Part shown: positions 31,369 through 41,722 of the stretch, in pieces
Layout: every line of letters begins with the position of its first letter
Numbering within the stretch: the first letter of the stretch is position 1
Assembly (NCBI GenBank): GCA_964248365.1
Contig: CAXTYC010000001.1
Coordinates: 32,001 to 96,000, forward strand
Reading direction: 5' to 3'
Length of the DNA stretch: 64,000 nt
Source of the DNA: an uncultured Chroococcidiopsis sp.
GTDB lineage: Bacteria; Cyanobacteriota; Cyanobacteriia; Cyanobacteriales; Chroococcidiopsidaceae
Made by a program: the position numbers and the translations under genes
The notes under the pieces: model-generated
The model's input: only the letters and a program-made list of their open reading frames with translations
Told to the model about the DNA's origin: nothing
The model's database searches: none

Positions 31369-32187
31369 ATGACTAAAACGGTAATTATTACAGGTGCTTC
31401 TCAAGGTATTGGCAAAGCAACCGCATTGTTATTTGCCCGTCAAGGATATGATATTGTATTGGCAGCGCGTGAACCTGAACGCTTAGAAGCTGCTGCAACC
31501 CAAGTGCGATCGCTCGGTCGAGAAGCTCTTGCCATCCCTACAGATGTGAGAGATCCAGAACAAGTAAATAATCTAGTTCAGAAGGCACTTGCTCATTTTG
31601 GTCATATAGATGTGCTAATCAACGATGCTGGTATTTTCTGCTTGGGACCTGTTGAGGAGTTCTCGCAGGGCGATTGGCAACAAGTAATCGATACAAATCT
31701 TTGGGGTTATATCCACACCATTCATGCAATATTACCCCATTTTTTAGAACGAGGCAATGGCACGATTGTAAATATTAGTTCTATCGGTGGTATTGTGCCG
31801 ATTCCCTACCAAATACCCTACACAACTAGCAAGTATGCTGTGACTGGGTTAACTAAAGCGCTGGAAGCAGAATTATCACCCAAAGGCATCCAAGTTTGTG
31901 GTATTTATCCCAATTTCATCAGAACCAGTATAAATGAGCGGACAATCTTTCGCGGCAACGATGAGCAGACAAAGCAGGCTCGTCATGAACTAATAGACAA
32001 AGCAGTAAAAACCCCCGTACTTGAGAAGGCTGAGGATGTAGCAGAGGCAATTTGGCAAGCACTCCACAATCAGCAGTCTGATAAAATTGTTGGCACAGCG
32101 AAAGTATCGAAGACAGCTTATAAGTTTTTTCCTGGGTTAATGCAGGCACTGTTTCGACGCATCTTTGGCATGAGCGATCGCCGCTAA
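31369..32187 (+). CDS. Short-chain dehydrogenase/reductase
   Basis: TGASQGIG, INDAG, YTTSK. Confidence 0.93.
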   Translation: MTKTVIITGASQGIGKATALLFARQGYDIVLAAREPERLEAAATQVRSLGREALAIPTDVRDPEQVNNLVQKALAHFGHIDVLINDAGIFCLGPVEEFSQGDWQQVIDTNLWGYIHTIHAILPHFLERGNGTIVNISSIGGIVPIPYQIPYTTSKYAVTGLTKALEAELSPKGIQVCGIYPNFIRTSINERTIFRGNDEQTKQARHELIDKAVKTPVLEKAEDVAEAIWQALHNQQSDKIVGTAKVSKTAYKFFPGLMQALFRRIFGMSDRR

Positions 32188-32332
32188 TCTCATCCTAGTT
32201 TAATACTTTTTGTTATGGCAGCAGGGGGAGCTGGGGGAGAAAAGAAAGCAGGGGGAGCAAAGGGTAGCAGGGGTAGCAGGGGGAGAAAAGAACAATCTTA
32301 CCAACTACCAACTACCAACTACCAATTACCCA

Positions 32333-33199
32333 TTACCCATTACCAAGAAATTCTCGCATATACTGATTAACTAATTGGGGCTGTTCCTGCTGTACCCAGT
32401 GACTAGCATCAGCAATATATTTAATTTGAAAGTTTCTTACATAAGCTTCGGTTCCATAGGATAGTTCCTTTCCCAACGCAGTATCTTTTTCTCCCCAAAT
32501 CATCAAAGTTGGAACTTCAAGAATACCCCAATCTGGGTTGAGCATTCGCTGCCCAAAAATATTGCGGTAATAATTCAGCATAGCTGTCATAGCACCGCGT
32601 TTAGCAGCTGCATCTTTATAAGCTTCTAAATCTTCCCTAGTGATAGCGCCCTTATTTACAGCCATTCCCTTGAGCGCAGTTTCAATTGCCTGGTAATCTG
32701 CTGATTGGATGAGTAATTCTGGTAGCAAGGGTAGCTGAAACAAAAACATATAAGAGCTACGTAACAGTTGTTGTGGGTTGCGTATACCTTGAGCAAACTT
32801 CGCTGGGTGAGGCATATTCAGCACAATCAACCGCTCTACCATTTCAGGGTGTGCGTAGGCAAAATTCCAGGCGATCGCTCCACCCCAATCATGTCCAACT
32901 AGGACACACTTATCATATCCCAGCCCCTTAATTACACCCTCGATATCTTTAATAAACTCAGCCATCACATAAGCTGATTGATTTGCTGGCTTGTCACTAT
33001 CGTTATAGCCACGCAAGTCAAGCGCAACGACTTTATAATCTTTGGCAAACTCTGGTATTTGGTGTCGCCAAGAGTACCAAAACTCAGGAAATCCATGCAG
33101 CATCAACATCAAGTCACCTTCGCCTTGGGTGACATAGTGCAGCTTGACACCATTGGTAGTAATATATTCGTGCTGCCAAGTACCGAATAGTACAGACAT
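32333..33199 (-). CDS. Epoxide hydrolase-like alpha/beta hydrolase
   Basis: HGFPE, GHDWGG, SHWVQQE. Confidence 0.92.
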   Translation of the reverse strand: MSVLFGTWQHEYITTNGVKLHYVTQGEGDLMLMLHGFPEFWYSWRHQIPEFAKDYKVVALDLRGYNDSDKPANQSAYVMAEFIKDIEGVIKGLGYDKCVLVGHDWGGAIAWNFAYAHPEMVERLIVLNMPHPAKFAQGIRNPQQLLRSSYMFLFQLPLLPELLIQSADYQAIETALKGMAVNKGAITREDLEAYKDAAAKRGAMTAMLNYYRNIFGQRMLNPDWGILEVPTLMIWGEKDTALGKELSYGTEAYVRNFQIKYIADASHWVQQEQPQLVNQYMREFLGNG

Positions 33200-33529
33200 C
33201 TACAATACTCCTCACGAGATACACGCGCTGATGATTTAAGTATTGTCTCTTATTCAAAGCAAAAACATCTGTAAAGAGAAAGTATCACCTACTTTTATCA
33301 CAATAAAAGCTACTCACTTAGACAGATGTAATTTTTGCTCCATTATTATCTTAATGAGGCATTCGCAACAACCCTACCGTGCTTGCATATTGGGTATTGC
33401 AACACCCAGTTCAGTTTATATGATGATGCAGATGCAGTATCGCCGTATAGATCCAACTTAAAATTAAATAATGCTAGAACCTCTTTGTTTCTCTTAGCGC
33501 CTTTGCGTCTTTGCGCGACACTCCCTATT

Positions 33530-34636
33530 ATGACTATATGCAACACCATGCGCGGCGTATGGATAACCAAGACGGATAGTCAAGTTCTCAGTTCCCAGCA
33601 AAACATTAGCGAGGCGATGGACTTCCTTGCCGAAACGGGATTTAATGTAGTGTTTCCCGTTGTTTGGAATAAAGGAGTTACACTTTATCCCAGTATCGTC
33701 ATGCGATCGCTATTTGGTGTTGAAATCGATCCGCGATATACTGGGCGAGATTTGCTAGCGGAAGTAATTAGCGAAGCGCGACGAGTTGGAATCAAAGTTA
33801 TCCCTTGGTTTGAATACGGATTCGCCAGTTCTTACAATTTGAATGGGGGAATGATACTGGCGAAAAAACCCCTGTGGACAGCGCGCGATCGCAATGGTAA
33901 TTTACTCAAAAAGAACGGTTTCGAGTGGATGAATGCACTCGACTCCCAAGTGCAAAACTTCCTGTTAAGTTTGGTGCTGGAAGTCGTTAAAAACTATGAT
34001 GTTGACGGTATTCAAGGAGACGATCGCTTGCCTGCACTTCCCTGTGAAGGAGGTTATGATGAAGGAACTGTCGAGCGTTACCGCCTGGAATTTAACCAAA
34101 ATCCGCCCCAGAACCCCAAAGATAAGCAATGGCTTGAGTGGCGTGCTAATATTCTCACAGATTTCTTGGCTCGTCTATACCAACAGGTAAAAGCCGTCAA
34201 TCCAAATCTTTTGGTGTCACTTGCTCCTAGTATATACGATTGGGGACTTAGGGAATACCTTCAAGATTCTAAAACTTGGCTGGAAAGAGGAATAGTAGAT
34301 ATTATCCACCCGCAAATTTATCGCCGCGACTTTGAAAGCTACAAACGGGAAGTAGATAAACTTGTCAAGCAGTTTAGCTCACAACTAGGGAAAATTGCAC
34401 CAGGTATTTTGATCAAAATTGGCTCGTATCGCATTAGCCCTGATTATTTGTTGCAGGCGATGGCTTACAATCGGTCTTGCGGCATTCAAGGTGAGGTGTT
34501 TTTCTTCTACGAAGGTTTGCGAGAAGATAACAACTTAGCTCAGGTGTTACAAAATTATTATGCTAGTAGCAGTGTAGTCAGCAATCGGAGAAAGGGTATT
34601 CAGGGTTTGTTCAGGTTTTGGGAAAATTTCTTTTAA
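33530..34636 (+). CDS. Glycoside hydrolase family 10-like (GHL10/DUF187) protein
   Basis: RGVW, IPWFEYG, YDVDGIQGDD, HPQIY; start taken at MTICNT. Confidence 0.85.
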   Translation: MTICNTMRGVWITKTDSQVLSSQQNISEAMDFLAETGFNVVFPVVWNKGVTLYPSIVMRSLFGVEIDPRYTGRDLLAEVISEARRVGIKVIPWFEYGFASSYNLNGGMILAKKPLWTARDRNGNLLKKNGFEWMNALDSQVQNFLLSLVLEVVKNYDVDGIQGDDRLPALPCEGGYDEGTVERYRLEFNQNPPQNPKDKQWLEWRANILTDFLARLYQQVKAVNPNLLVSLAPSIYDWGLREYLQDSKTWLERGIVDIIHPQIYRRDFESYKREVDKLVKQFSSQLGKIAPGILIKIGSYRISPDYLLQAMAYNRSCGIQGEVFFFYEGLREDNNLAQVLQNYYASSSVVSNRRKGIQGLFRFWENFF

Positions 34637-34647
34637 GAAGTGACACA

Positions 34648-35062
34648 GTGAAACAATTGCAAGTCAAACGAGTAATTGAAACGCTCAAAACTTGATCTAC
34701 CAACACTGGAGGAGCAAGATATCTCGTACGACATTTATTCAAGAGATATCTACTTTCAAGATCCAGTTAACAAATTCAAAGGCAAAATAAATTATCGAAT
34801 TATATTTTGGACTTTGCGATTTCATGCTAAGCTATTTTTTACCCAAATCTACTTCGATCTGCATGATGTAAAGCAGGTAGATGATACTATTTTAGCTAAT
34901 TGGACAGTACGGGGCGTTTTGCGTGTACCTTGGAGAGCTAAGATTTTCTTCAATGGCTACTCGACATATAAACTTAATCAAGACAACTTGATATACGAAC
35001 ACATTGATACTTGGGATCGTAAACCAAGTGAGATTTTGCAGCAGTTTTTCCGCAAAGGATGA
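34648..35062 (+). pseudogene. DUF2358 (SnoaL/NTF2-like) protein with +1 frameshift near 34690
   Basis: GTG-KQLQVKRVIETLK, then an extra A before LDLPTL..DISYDIYS.DIYFQDPVNKFKG...HIDTWD. Confidence 0.7.
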
Positions 35063-35094
35063 TATAGGGAATTTATAACACTTGTTTTTCGGGT

Positions 35095-35155
35095 GTAGGG
35101 ACGGCTTCTACAAAAATCTTTAATCACAATATATTCCCCTAAAACCTGCCCCTAC
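35095..35155. repeat. REP family C doublet (GTAGGGGCGGGTTT...AAACCCGCCCCTAC-like)
   Basis: Related copies at 9083, 9164, 16811-17029, 41628-41690, ~59600-59660. Confidence 0.7.
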
Positions 35156-35513
35156 GTCTGATGGATACAAAAGAGTTCGTGCAAGAGCGGGGCGATCGCA
35201 GACACTCGCTTTGCTATATATTGTACCAACAATTTTTTAACTTTAGGGTAATAGCCTAATAGCTCGTAAAATTACTGAAGATCAAGCGATCGCATGGTCA
35301 AATTCACCAAATTCCTCAGTGAAATTGCGATTGGATAAGGGGCAAAGCAAAGGATAAGTTGATAACCAATTGTCTCGTGTCCTATCAACAGAGCAGAGGG
35401 AGCAAAGGAAAGGATGAAGGATAAAGGATAAAGGGTAAAGAGGTATTGCGGTAAAGGTAATTTCCCCCCCAGCTCCCCCAGCTCTTCTTTTGCGCCCCTA
35501 TTGAAACCCAAAC

Positions 35514-37013
35514 ATGAAAAACTTACCTTTAATATCTTCGCCTGCTCAATCACGGCAGGTAAAGCAGCAGTTTGCCAGCCCAGAAGAGTACCTATCTTAT
35601 GAATTGGGTAAAGCAGTTAAAGAATTACCGCCTTTGTATACGCGAGCATTAGCAGGAAGCATTAGCTTAATAATGTTTGGAACGATCGCGTGGGCGCATT
35701 TTAGCCAAGTAGATGAAGTGGCGGTAGCCAATGGTGAATTGATTGCTTCGTTGCAGGTGCGACCAGTGCGATCGCTCGGTGAGGGTACAATTACAGATGT
35801 CAAAATTAAAGAAGGCGATCGCGTCCACAAAGGCGATATCCTAATTGAACGTAACCCAGACTTGCCCCAAGCAGAAGTCAATCGCCTCGCCAAATCTACT
35901 CAACTAATTCGGGAAGACATAAAACGCTTAGAGGCAGAAAGAACTGGCGGGGTAACTGCTGGAACCCAGCTACAAGATCAACTCCTCAGTTCGCGCCTAA
36001 AAGACTTTGAAGCTCGTCAAGCCGCTGCTATAGCAGAAGCAAATCGCCAAGCAGCAGTGATTAATGAAGCTAAAGTTCGCCTCGCTCGTCTGCAAGAAAA
36101 CCTTACCAATGCCAAAACTAATCTAGTCAACGCCAAAACTAATGTAGCCAATGCCGAAGGCGTTTTGATCAAAGGTAAAAGTATGCTCACCAACGCCCAA
36201 AAACGGGAACAAGGACTTCGTACCCTACAAGTTGAGGGTGCTACACCCCGAATCGATTACCTAGATGCCCAATCCGGCGTATTTCAGGCTCAAACTTACG
36301 TTACCAGATCTGAAGACGCTATTACTAATGCACAAGATAAAGTTACTGAAGCACAAGATAAAGTAGAGTCTACAGCAAAAGATATTGCAGGTCAGATGCA
36401 ACAAATTCGGCAAGCAGAACAAGCATATAAAAGCGCTGTTAACAAATCTGAACAATTAGGATCTGAACGCCAGAGCGAAATTATAACTCAACTCAACAAA
36501 CGACGAGAAGATTTGACTACGGTAGAAGGTCAGCTACAGGAAGCAAGGAAGCAGCAAGACAAAGAGACGATCAAAGCTCCAGTGAGTGGCACAATTTACA
36601 GCGTCAAAGCAACTCGTGGTCCTGTGCAGTCTGGTGAGGAATTACTTTCTATTTTGCCAGAAGGCGAACAGCTATTGCTAGAAGTCAAAGTGCTTAACCG
36701 TGATATTGGATTTATTCGTCAGGGGATGAAAGTCAAAGTGAAAATGGCGACATTTCCATTTCAGGAATTTGGTATAATTGACGCAGAGGTAGTGCAAATT
36801 AGCCCGAATGCGATCGTTGATAAAGATTTAGGCTTAGTTTTTCCTACCAGAGTTAAGCTCAGTAAACACTCAATTAGAGTGCGGGGCAAAGACGTAGAAC
36901 TTACTCCAGGTATGTCAGCAACTGGAGAAATTGTAACACGTAAGAAATCAGTTTTGACCTTCATCACCGAACCTGTCACTCGTCGTTTCAGCGAGGCACT
37001 TTCAGTCAGGTAG
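35514..37013 (+). CDS. HlyD-family type I secretion periplasmic adaptor
   Basis: N-terminal TM, VKIKEGDRV, long coiled coil, IKAPVSG, DIGFI, FPFQEFG, LTPGMS. Confidence 0.92.
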   Translation: MKNLPLISSPAQSRQVKQQFASPEEYLSYELGKAVKELPPLYTRALAGSISLIMFGTIAWAHFSQVDEVAVANGELIASLQVRPVRSLGEGTITDVKIKEGDRVHKGDILIERNPDLPQAEVNRLAKSTQLIREDIKRLEAERTGGVTAGTQLQDQLLSSRLKDFEARQAAAIAEANRQAAVINEAKVRLARLQENLTNAKTNLVNAKTNVANAEGVLIKGKSMLTNAQKREQGLRTLQVEGATPRIDYLDAQSGVFQAQTYVTRSEDAITNAQDKVTEAQDKVESTAKDIAGQMQQIRQAEQAYKSAVNKSEQLGSERQSEIITQLNKRREDLTTVEGQLQEARKQQDKETIKAPVSGTIYSVKATRGPVQSGEELLSILPEGEQLLLEVKVLNRDIGFIRQGMKVKVKMATFPFQEFGIIDAEVVQISPNAIVDKDLGLVFPTRVKLSKHSIRVRGKDVELTPGMSATGEIVTRKKSVLTFITEPVTRRFSEALSVR

Positions 37014-37019
37014 GTTATA

Positions 37020-37352
37020 CTTACATCTTGCACCTGCGATAAATTCCGCATTGAACTAAAGTTCAAAACTCATAGCTCAAGTTCATTCAAATGGACTTAG
37101 AAATATACGTAGGGTGCGTTACGCCAAAGGCTAACGCATCACACTAAGTTTCTGGTGCGTAACGCAATCGCGTCACGCACCCTACCCATACTTGCACCTG
37201 CGTTAAATTCCGCATTGAACTTCAGTTCAAAGCTCATAGCTCAAGTCCATTCAAATGGACTTAAACCTTCAGTTAGTCTTCTTGAGAAGACGAGTGCTAT
37301 TAGCCCGCCAATTAATTGGCGGGCGAGTATCGGCACTAGTGTAGGATCTAAG
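37020..37352. mobile_element. MITE with ~15-bp imperfect TIRs and TTATA target-site duplication, containing a 72-bp duplication and a nested REP doublet
   Basis: CTTACATCTTGCACC (37020) / AGTGTAGGATCTAAG (37338-37352), flanked by TTATA on both sides; TIR-like ends also at ~4716, ~6917, ~10412. Confidence 0.7.
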
Positions 37353-37359
37353 TTATACC

Positions 37360-37395
37360 AAAACTGAGTCAAAAACCTACTTCTGACTCAGTTTT
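37360..37395. terminator. Intrinsic terminator, probably bidirectional
   Basis: AAAACTGAGTCA...TGACTCAGTTTT. Confidence 0.7.
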
Positions 37396-37419
37396 AATTG
37401 ATTAGAAATCTAACCCTTG

Positions 37420-38631
37420 TTACCGATTTAACCCAGACTGACTCGCTGAAACTGTCAGGGTGTAGTTAATATTACCACTGGTTGTATAATACGGATAGAC
37501 TCGGATGTAGTAAGTACCAGGATATAGTATATCACTTATTGACTCTGATCTGGTGCTACCGTTAGTCGAACTATCGATTAGCAGATCATTATTAAGATCA
37601 AGCACATTATTATTATTTGTCTCTTCATATAGCTTCACATCAGCATCACCGCTCAGACGATTCAGAGTAAGGTTAAAGTATCTGGTGTCAGACAAAGTAA
37701 AGCGATAAACGTCATTGAGGTCAGTAGGACTTACAGTTCCGCTACGGCTTAGTTGACTACTTAAGACACCAAAGTCTTCTACAGGAGTTAGGGTAGGGGT
37801 ATCGCTTGAATTTGAGCCGCTGCTTCCAGCAGATATGGTTTGAGTGGAGTTGATGGAAGGATTGTAGGATCTATAGACGGGAGCGAAAGATGAATTTCCT
37901 GGGCTACTTTGGCGACCTTCCCCATGTCCATAAACATCAAAGTGTTGCAGTGCCATTTGATTGTCGAAACCTGCTGCCTTTAAGTCAGGATTATGATCGA
38001 GATAATACCTGACATCGAAATTCTCTGAGGAGGTGCGCCCCTCACTCAATCCATAAAGCTCAAAGTGTTCTAATCGTTGCCTGTGATTCTGGTTGTGTGG
38101 TGCTAAATCTGGGTTTGCTTTGAGATAGTAGTTGCTATCAAAGACAAGCGAATATCTGCGTCCTTCAGCTAAACCATTTTTTACCAAATGCTCAAGTAGT
38201 TGTCTATTGTCGAAGTTTCTTGCAAGTAGGTCGGGGTTGACACCTCGATAGAGGTCGAGGTCAACAAATGGTGAAAAGTGGCGTTCTTCCCGCACACCAT
38301 AAGTTTGCAGATGATTAAATAATTCCTCGTTGTTCATATCGGCTAAGTCGTAATTGTTAGCACGATAGTAGTTGAGGTCAACAAAAGGTGAGAAGCGCCG
38401 TCCCTCGGCTACACCACTGTTTTGCAGATGATTGAATAATTGACGGTTGTCTAAGTTAGCTAGGTCTGGGTTACTAGCGCGATAAAAGTTAAGCTCGACA
38501 AAGGGTGAGAAAGTACGTCCTTCGTTCAAACCATTATTCAGCAAATGTGAAAGGGCTTGTGCATCAGTGAAGCGGCGTAGGTCAGGATTAGCGGAGCGAT
38601 AGAAATTAGCGTCGAATAAGTTTACAGCCAT
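37420..38631 (-). CDS. Repeat protein with ~35-aa 'FYR..NPDL...H...G..EGR' repeats plus one C-terminal PPC-like domain
   Basis: About 7 repeats; DVYRFTL...GDADV.L...ESI...L.PGTYYIRV. Confidence 0.82.
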   Translation of the reverse strand: MAVNLFDANFYRSANPDLRRFTDAQALSHLLNNGLNEGRTFSPFVELNFYRASNPDLANLDNRQLFNHLQNSGVAEGRRFSPFVDLNYYRANNYDLADMNNEELFNHLQTYGVREERHFSPFVDLDLYRGVNPDLLARNFDNRQLLEHLVKNGLAEGRRYSLVFDSNYYLKANPDLAPHNQNHRQRLEHFELYGLSEGRTSSENFDVRYYLDHNPDLKAAGFDNQMALQHFDVYGHGEGRQSSPGNSSFAPVYRSYNPSINSTQTISAGSSGSNSSDTPTLTPVEDFGVLSSQLSRSGTVSPTDLNDVYRFTLSDTRYFNLTLNRLSGDADVKLYEETNNNNVLDLNNDLLIDSSTNGSTRSESISDILYPGTYYIRVYPYYTTSGNINYTLTVSASQSGLNR

Positions 38632-39142
38632 AGTTTATGTTTTAAGAAATACAGATTATCTTTATAATTTGCCCTCCCTAATTGAGTCTTGAGAACCCAG
38701 AAATAACTGATTTTTAATAATTGCAAATATATATTTTTTAAGTGGTTGTACGTAAAAGATATGTAATTAAATTTATAAAGTTAACTTCAAAAATGTAGAT
38801 GGTTATGTAAAATTGAGGTGAAGAGCGGCTTGGTAAGCCCTAGAGCGATCGCAAATAATTTACAGTGATAAATTGTCATAAAACAATTACCAGAGGAAAA
38901 GGAAGAAAAAGCTAGAGCAATAAGTGAACTAGCACTTCGGCGATCGCCTAAAAATATCAAAAACGGATGTTAGACATTCGATAAGCACCATAAGACTTGA
39001 TCCCCCCGCCCCTTGCGACCCCCTTTTAAAGGGGGTAGAAGAATTAAGTCCCTCTTTTGGGGGAATTGCAAGGTTTTTGCATTGCTAAGAAAATATTGAG
39101 TGGAGAGGTGTAATCACTTTGGTATAATTCCAAGTATTAAGC

Positions 39143-39180
39143 AAAATACCTCAAAAGTTTATTTGCTTTTGAGGTATTTT
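39143..39180. terminator. Intrinsic terminator downstream of the 710-aa gene
   Basis: AAAATACCTCAAAAG...CTTTTGAGGTATTTT. Confidence 0.7.
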
Positions 39181-39213
39181 CAAATGGTAGCTAAATTATC
39201 TGTAGAAGCAAGC

Positions 39214-41346
39214 TTATGTTGCAGATAAATCTAGAGTGTAAAATGTATTAAACTGTGAGGAATATTCTAAGACTTCTAGATAATATGTGCCTGCATTCAA
39301 GGTTTTACTAAATGATTTAGGGGAGCTAGAACTGTCAGTTGGTGTCAAAAATTCTCCAAAATCAATTTGACTATTGCTGTTGCTGTCGTAAATTAGCAGC
39401 AAATCGGCACGATCATTTAAGCTGTTGAGGTTAAAATTGACGTTGCTGGTATGGTCTAGGGTAAAACGGTAGTAGTCTACTTTATCAACAACACCTACGT
39501 ACTGTGTGAAGTTGCGATCGCCACTTAAAAGACCTACATTGTAGGCAGTACTAAGAGTGTCGCCAGGATCTGGGATAGAAGGTTTGGTAGTGGTGGGAGT
39601 TGCAGATAAGCTCAGATTGTAGTTGGTGTTAGAGGAAGTGTAGTTAGTGTAATAATCGGGGAGGGAATTATCAGTAGTGTAGTTAATGCTATTGGAACTA
39701 CTGTAGTTAGTAGTATTGGTAGGGGTATTAAAGGAGTTAGAGTAGCTAATTGAATAAACATGAATATAATATGTTCCTGCACCTAGAGTTTCAGAAATTG
39801 GGTTGGGGTTGTCACTGTTATATCCTGCTATAAAATCATTTCCATCCAAGCTTGGCAGTAGATTAATATAACCATTGCCGTAGAGATCGTAATAAAGTCC
39901 AGCAGTGATTGGTTCAGTAAAGCCGCTAAAGTCTAAGCTGATATTAGTGGTGTCAGTCAGGGTGAAGCGGTAGTAGTCATCTTTGTCACTCGTGCCTATA
40001 AACTCCCTACTGACGTTACTAGTGCCACTCGTAAGGTCAAGATCGTAAGCAGTATTTAGACTATCACCAGGATCTGTTGGAAGTGTACTAGGCGTGGGAC
40101 TTGCTGACAAGTTCAAAGTGTAATTGCTGTCAGATGCAGATGCATCTGTGTAGACATGAATGTAATATGTACCTGCACCTAAAGTTTTACTAATTGGCTG
40201 GGAACCAGAAATCGTATAGGTTGATGCCACATCTTCCTCGGAAGTAACGAAAGCGCCGTTTGGGGCGATAGTCGTATATGTATCATATTGACCGTTGCCG
40301 TTAGCATCGAAAATGATATCTGCATAAGCGCGATCGCTGCTAAGGTTTAAGTTGAATTCACTAGTGGTAGCCAGAGTGAAAGCCATGTAGTCATCACGGT
40401 CATTAGCGCCGACAAACCCTTTTATACTGCTTTGCCTATTTAGAATACCAAGGTTAAATGCAGTATTGAGAGTGTTATCTGGTTCTGTTGGCAGAATTTC
40501 ACGCGGTGGCGCACCAGTGCGTCCCTCCCGAAAACCGTATATTTCAAAGTGCTGTTGCGCTTGCTGATAATCAAATGCCGCCTTTAAGTCAGTATTATAA
40601 TTTAGGTAGAATTGGACATTGAAAGATTCGGAAGAGGCACGTCCCTCAGCTAGTCCATAACGCCCAAAGTGTTGTAGTAGTTGGGAGTTATTTAAACTTG
40701 CTAAATCTGGATTGGCATTGCGATAGTAATTGCTATCAAAGGAAACTGAATAACGTCGTCCCTCCCCTATGCCATAGCTGATTAAATGCTCAAGCAGTTG
40801 TTTATTGTCGAAGCGTTTTGCAGATAGGTCGGGGTTGGCTACTCGATAAATATTGAGGTCAATAAATGGTGAGAAGCGCCGTCCTTCGGTTTCACCATAG
40901 TTGAGCAGATGATCGAATAATTGCTCATTGTTAAAGCTAGCAAGGTCACTGTTGTAGGTGCGATAGAAGTTGAGGTCAACCAAGGGTGAGAAGCGCCGTC
41001 CTTCAGAGAGGGCATATTTGTGCAGATGATCGAATAATTGCTCATTGTTAAAGCTAGCAAGGTCGCTGTTGTAGGCGCGATAGAAGTTGAGGTTAACCAA
41101 GGGCGAAAAGCGTCGTCCCTCAGCAATACCATAATTTTGTAAATGGTCAAACAATTGGCGGTTGTCAAAGGAACCAAGGTCTGAATTACTAGCTCGATAA
41201 AAATTGAGATCTACAAATGGTGAGAAAGCACGTCCTTCACTTAGACCATAGGTTTGAAAATGTGACAATGCTTGTGCATCGTTGAAACTAGCCAAGTCAC
41301 GGTTAGCAACGCGATAAAAATTCGCGTCAAATAAGTTTACCGTCAT
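39214..41346 (-). CDS. Paralog with about 8 EGR repeats plus three PPC-like domains
   Basis: MTVNLFDANFYR start near-identical to the paralog; three D.DDYY.FTL...L.AGTYY domains. Confidence 0.85.
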   Translation of the reverse strand: MTVNLFDANFYRVANRDLASFNDAQALSHFQTYGLSEGRAFSPFVDLNFYRASNSDLGSFDNRQLFDHLQNYGIAEGRRFSPLVNLNFYRAYNSDLASFNNEQLFDHLHKYALSEGRRFSPLVDLNFYRTYNSDLASFNNEQLFDHLLNYGETEGRRFSPFIDLNIYRVANPDLSAKRFDNKQLLEHLISYGIGEGRRYSVSFDSNYYRNANPDLASLNNSQLLQHFGRYGLAEGRASSESFNVQFYLNYNTDLKAAFDYQQAQQHFEIYGFREGRTGAPPREILPTEPDNTLNTAFNLGILNRQSSIKGFVGANDRDDYMAFTLATTSEFNLNLSSDRAYADIIFDANGNGQYDTYTTIAPNGAFVTSEEDVASTYTISGSQPISKTLGAGTYYIHVYTDASASDSNYTLNLSASPTPSTLPTDPGDSLNTAYDLDLTSGTSNVSREFIGTSDKDDYYRFTLTDTTNISLDFSGFTEPITAGLYYDLYGNGYINLLPSLDGNDFIAGYNSDNPNPISETLGAGTYYIHVYSISYSNSFNTPTNTTNYSSSNSINYTTDNSLPDYYTNYTSSNTNYNLSLSATPTTTKPSIPDPGDTLSTAYNVGLLSGDRNFTQYVGVVDKVDYYRFTLDHTSNVNFNLNSLNDRADLLLIYDSNSNSQIDFGEFLTPTDSSSSPKSFSKTLNAGTYYLEVLEYSSQFNTFYTLDLSAT

Positions 41347-41722
41347 AATTTTTGTTATAATATTTACACTTACTCTAAGTGATATTATAGAGGTTGGTGG
41401 CTTTTATTCAAAATAGAATGTATGTATTTTTTATAAAGTTACTCAGTTAATTTAAGTAGATTTATGTAGAAAATGCCATTCAAACAGGTTTGGCTAGTTC
41501 CGATGTTGCGATCGCCAGGATATGATGGGCGATCGTGGTACAATTCCAAGTCAGAAAAGAGCGATCCCACAAACAAAAAAATTCCCCCAGACAATCTGAG
41601 GGATTAGAACAATCAAATATACCAAAGGTAGGGGCGAGTTTAGCTAAAATCTTCACTCTTAACAAATATCCTCGTTAAACCCGCCCTTACTAAATATTTG
41701 TGCAAGAGATCTATTCAAAACA

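Noticed and set aside
33335..33529. N-terminal extension of the GHL10 ORF (similarly 15950-15988 and 59625-59690)
   Set aside because: Extensions translate repeat or intergenic DNA; family similarity starts at downstream start codons
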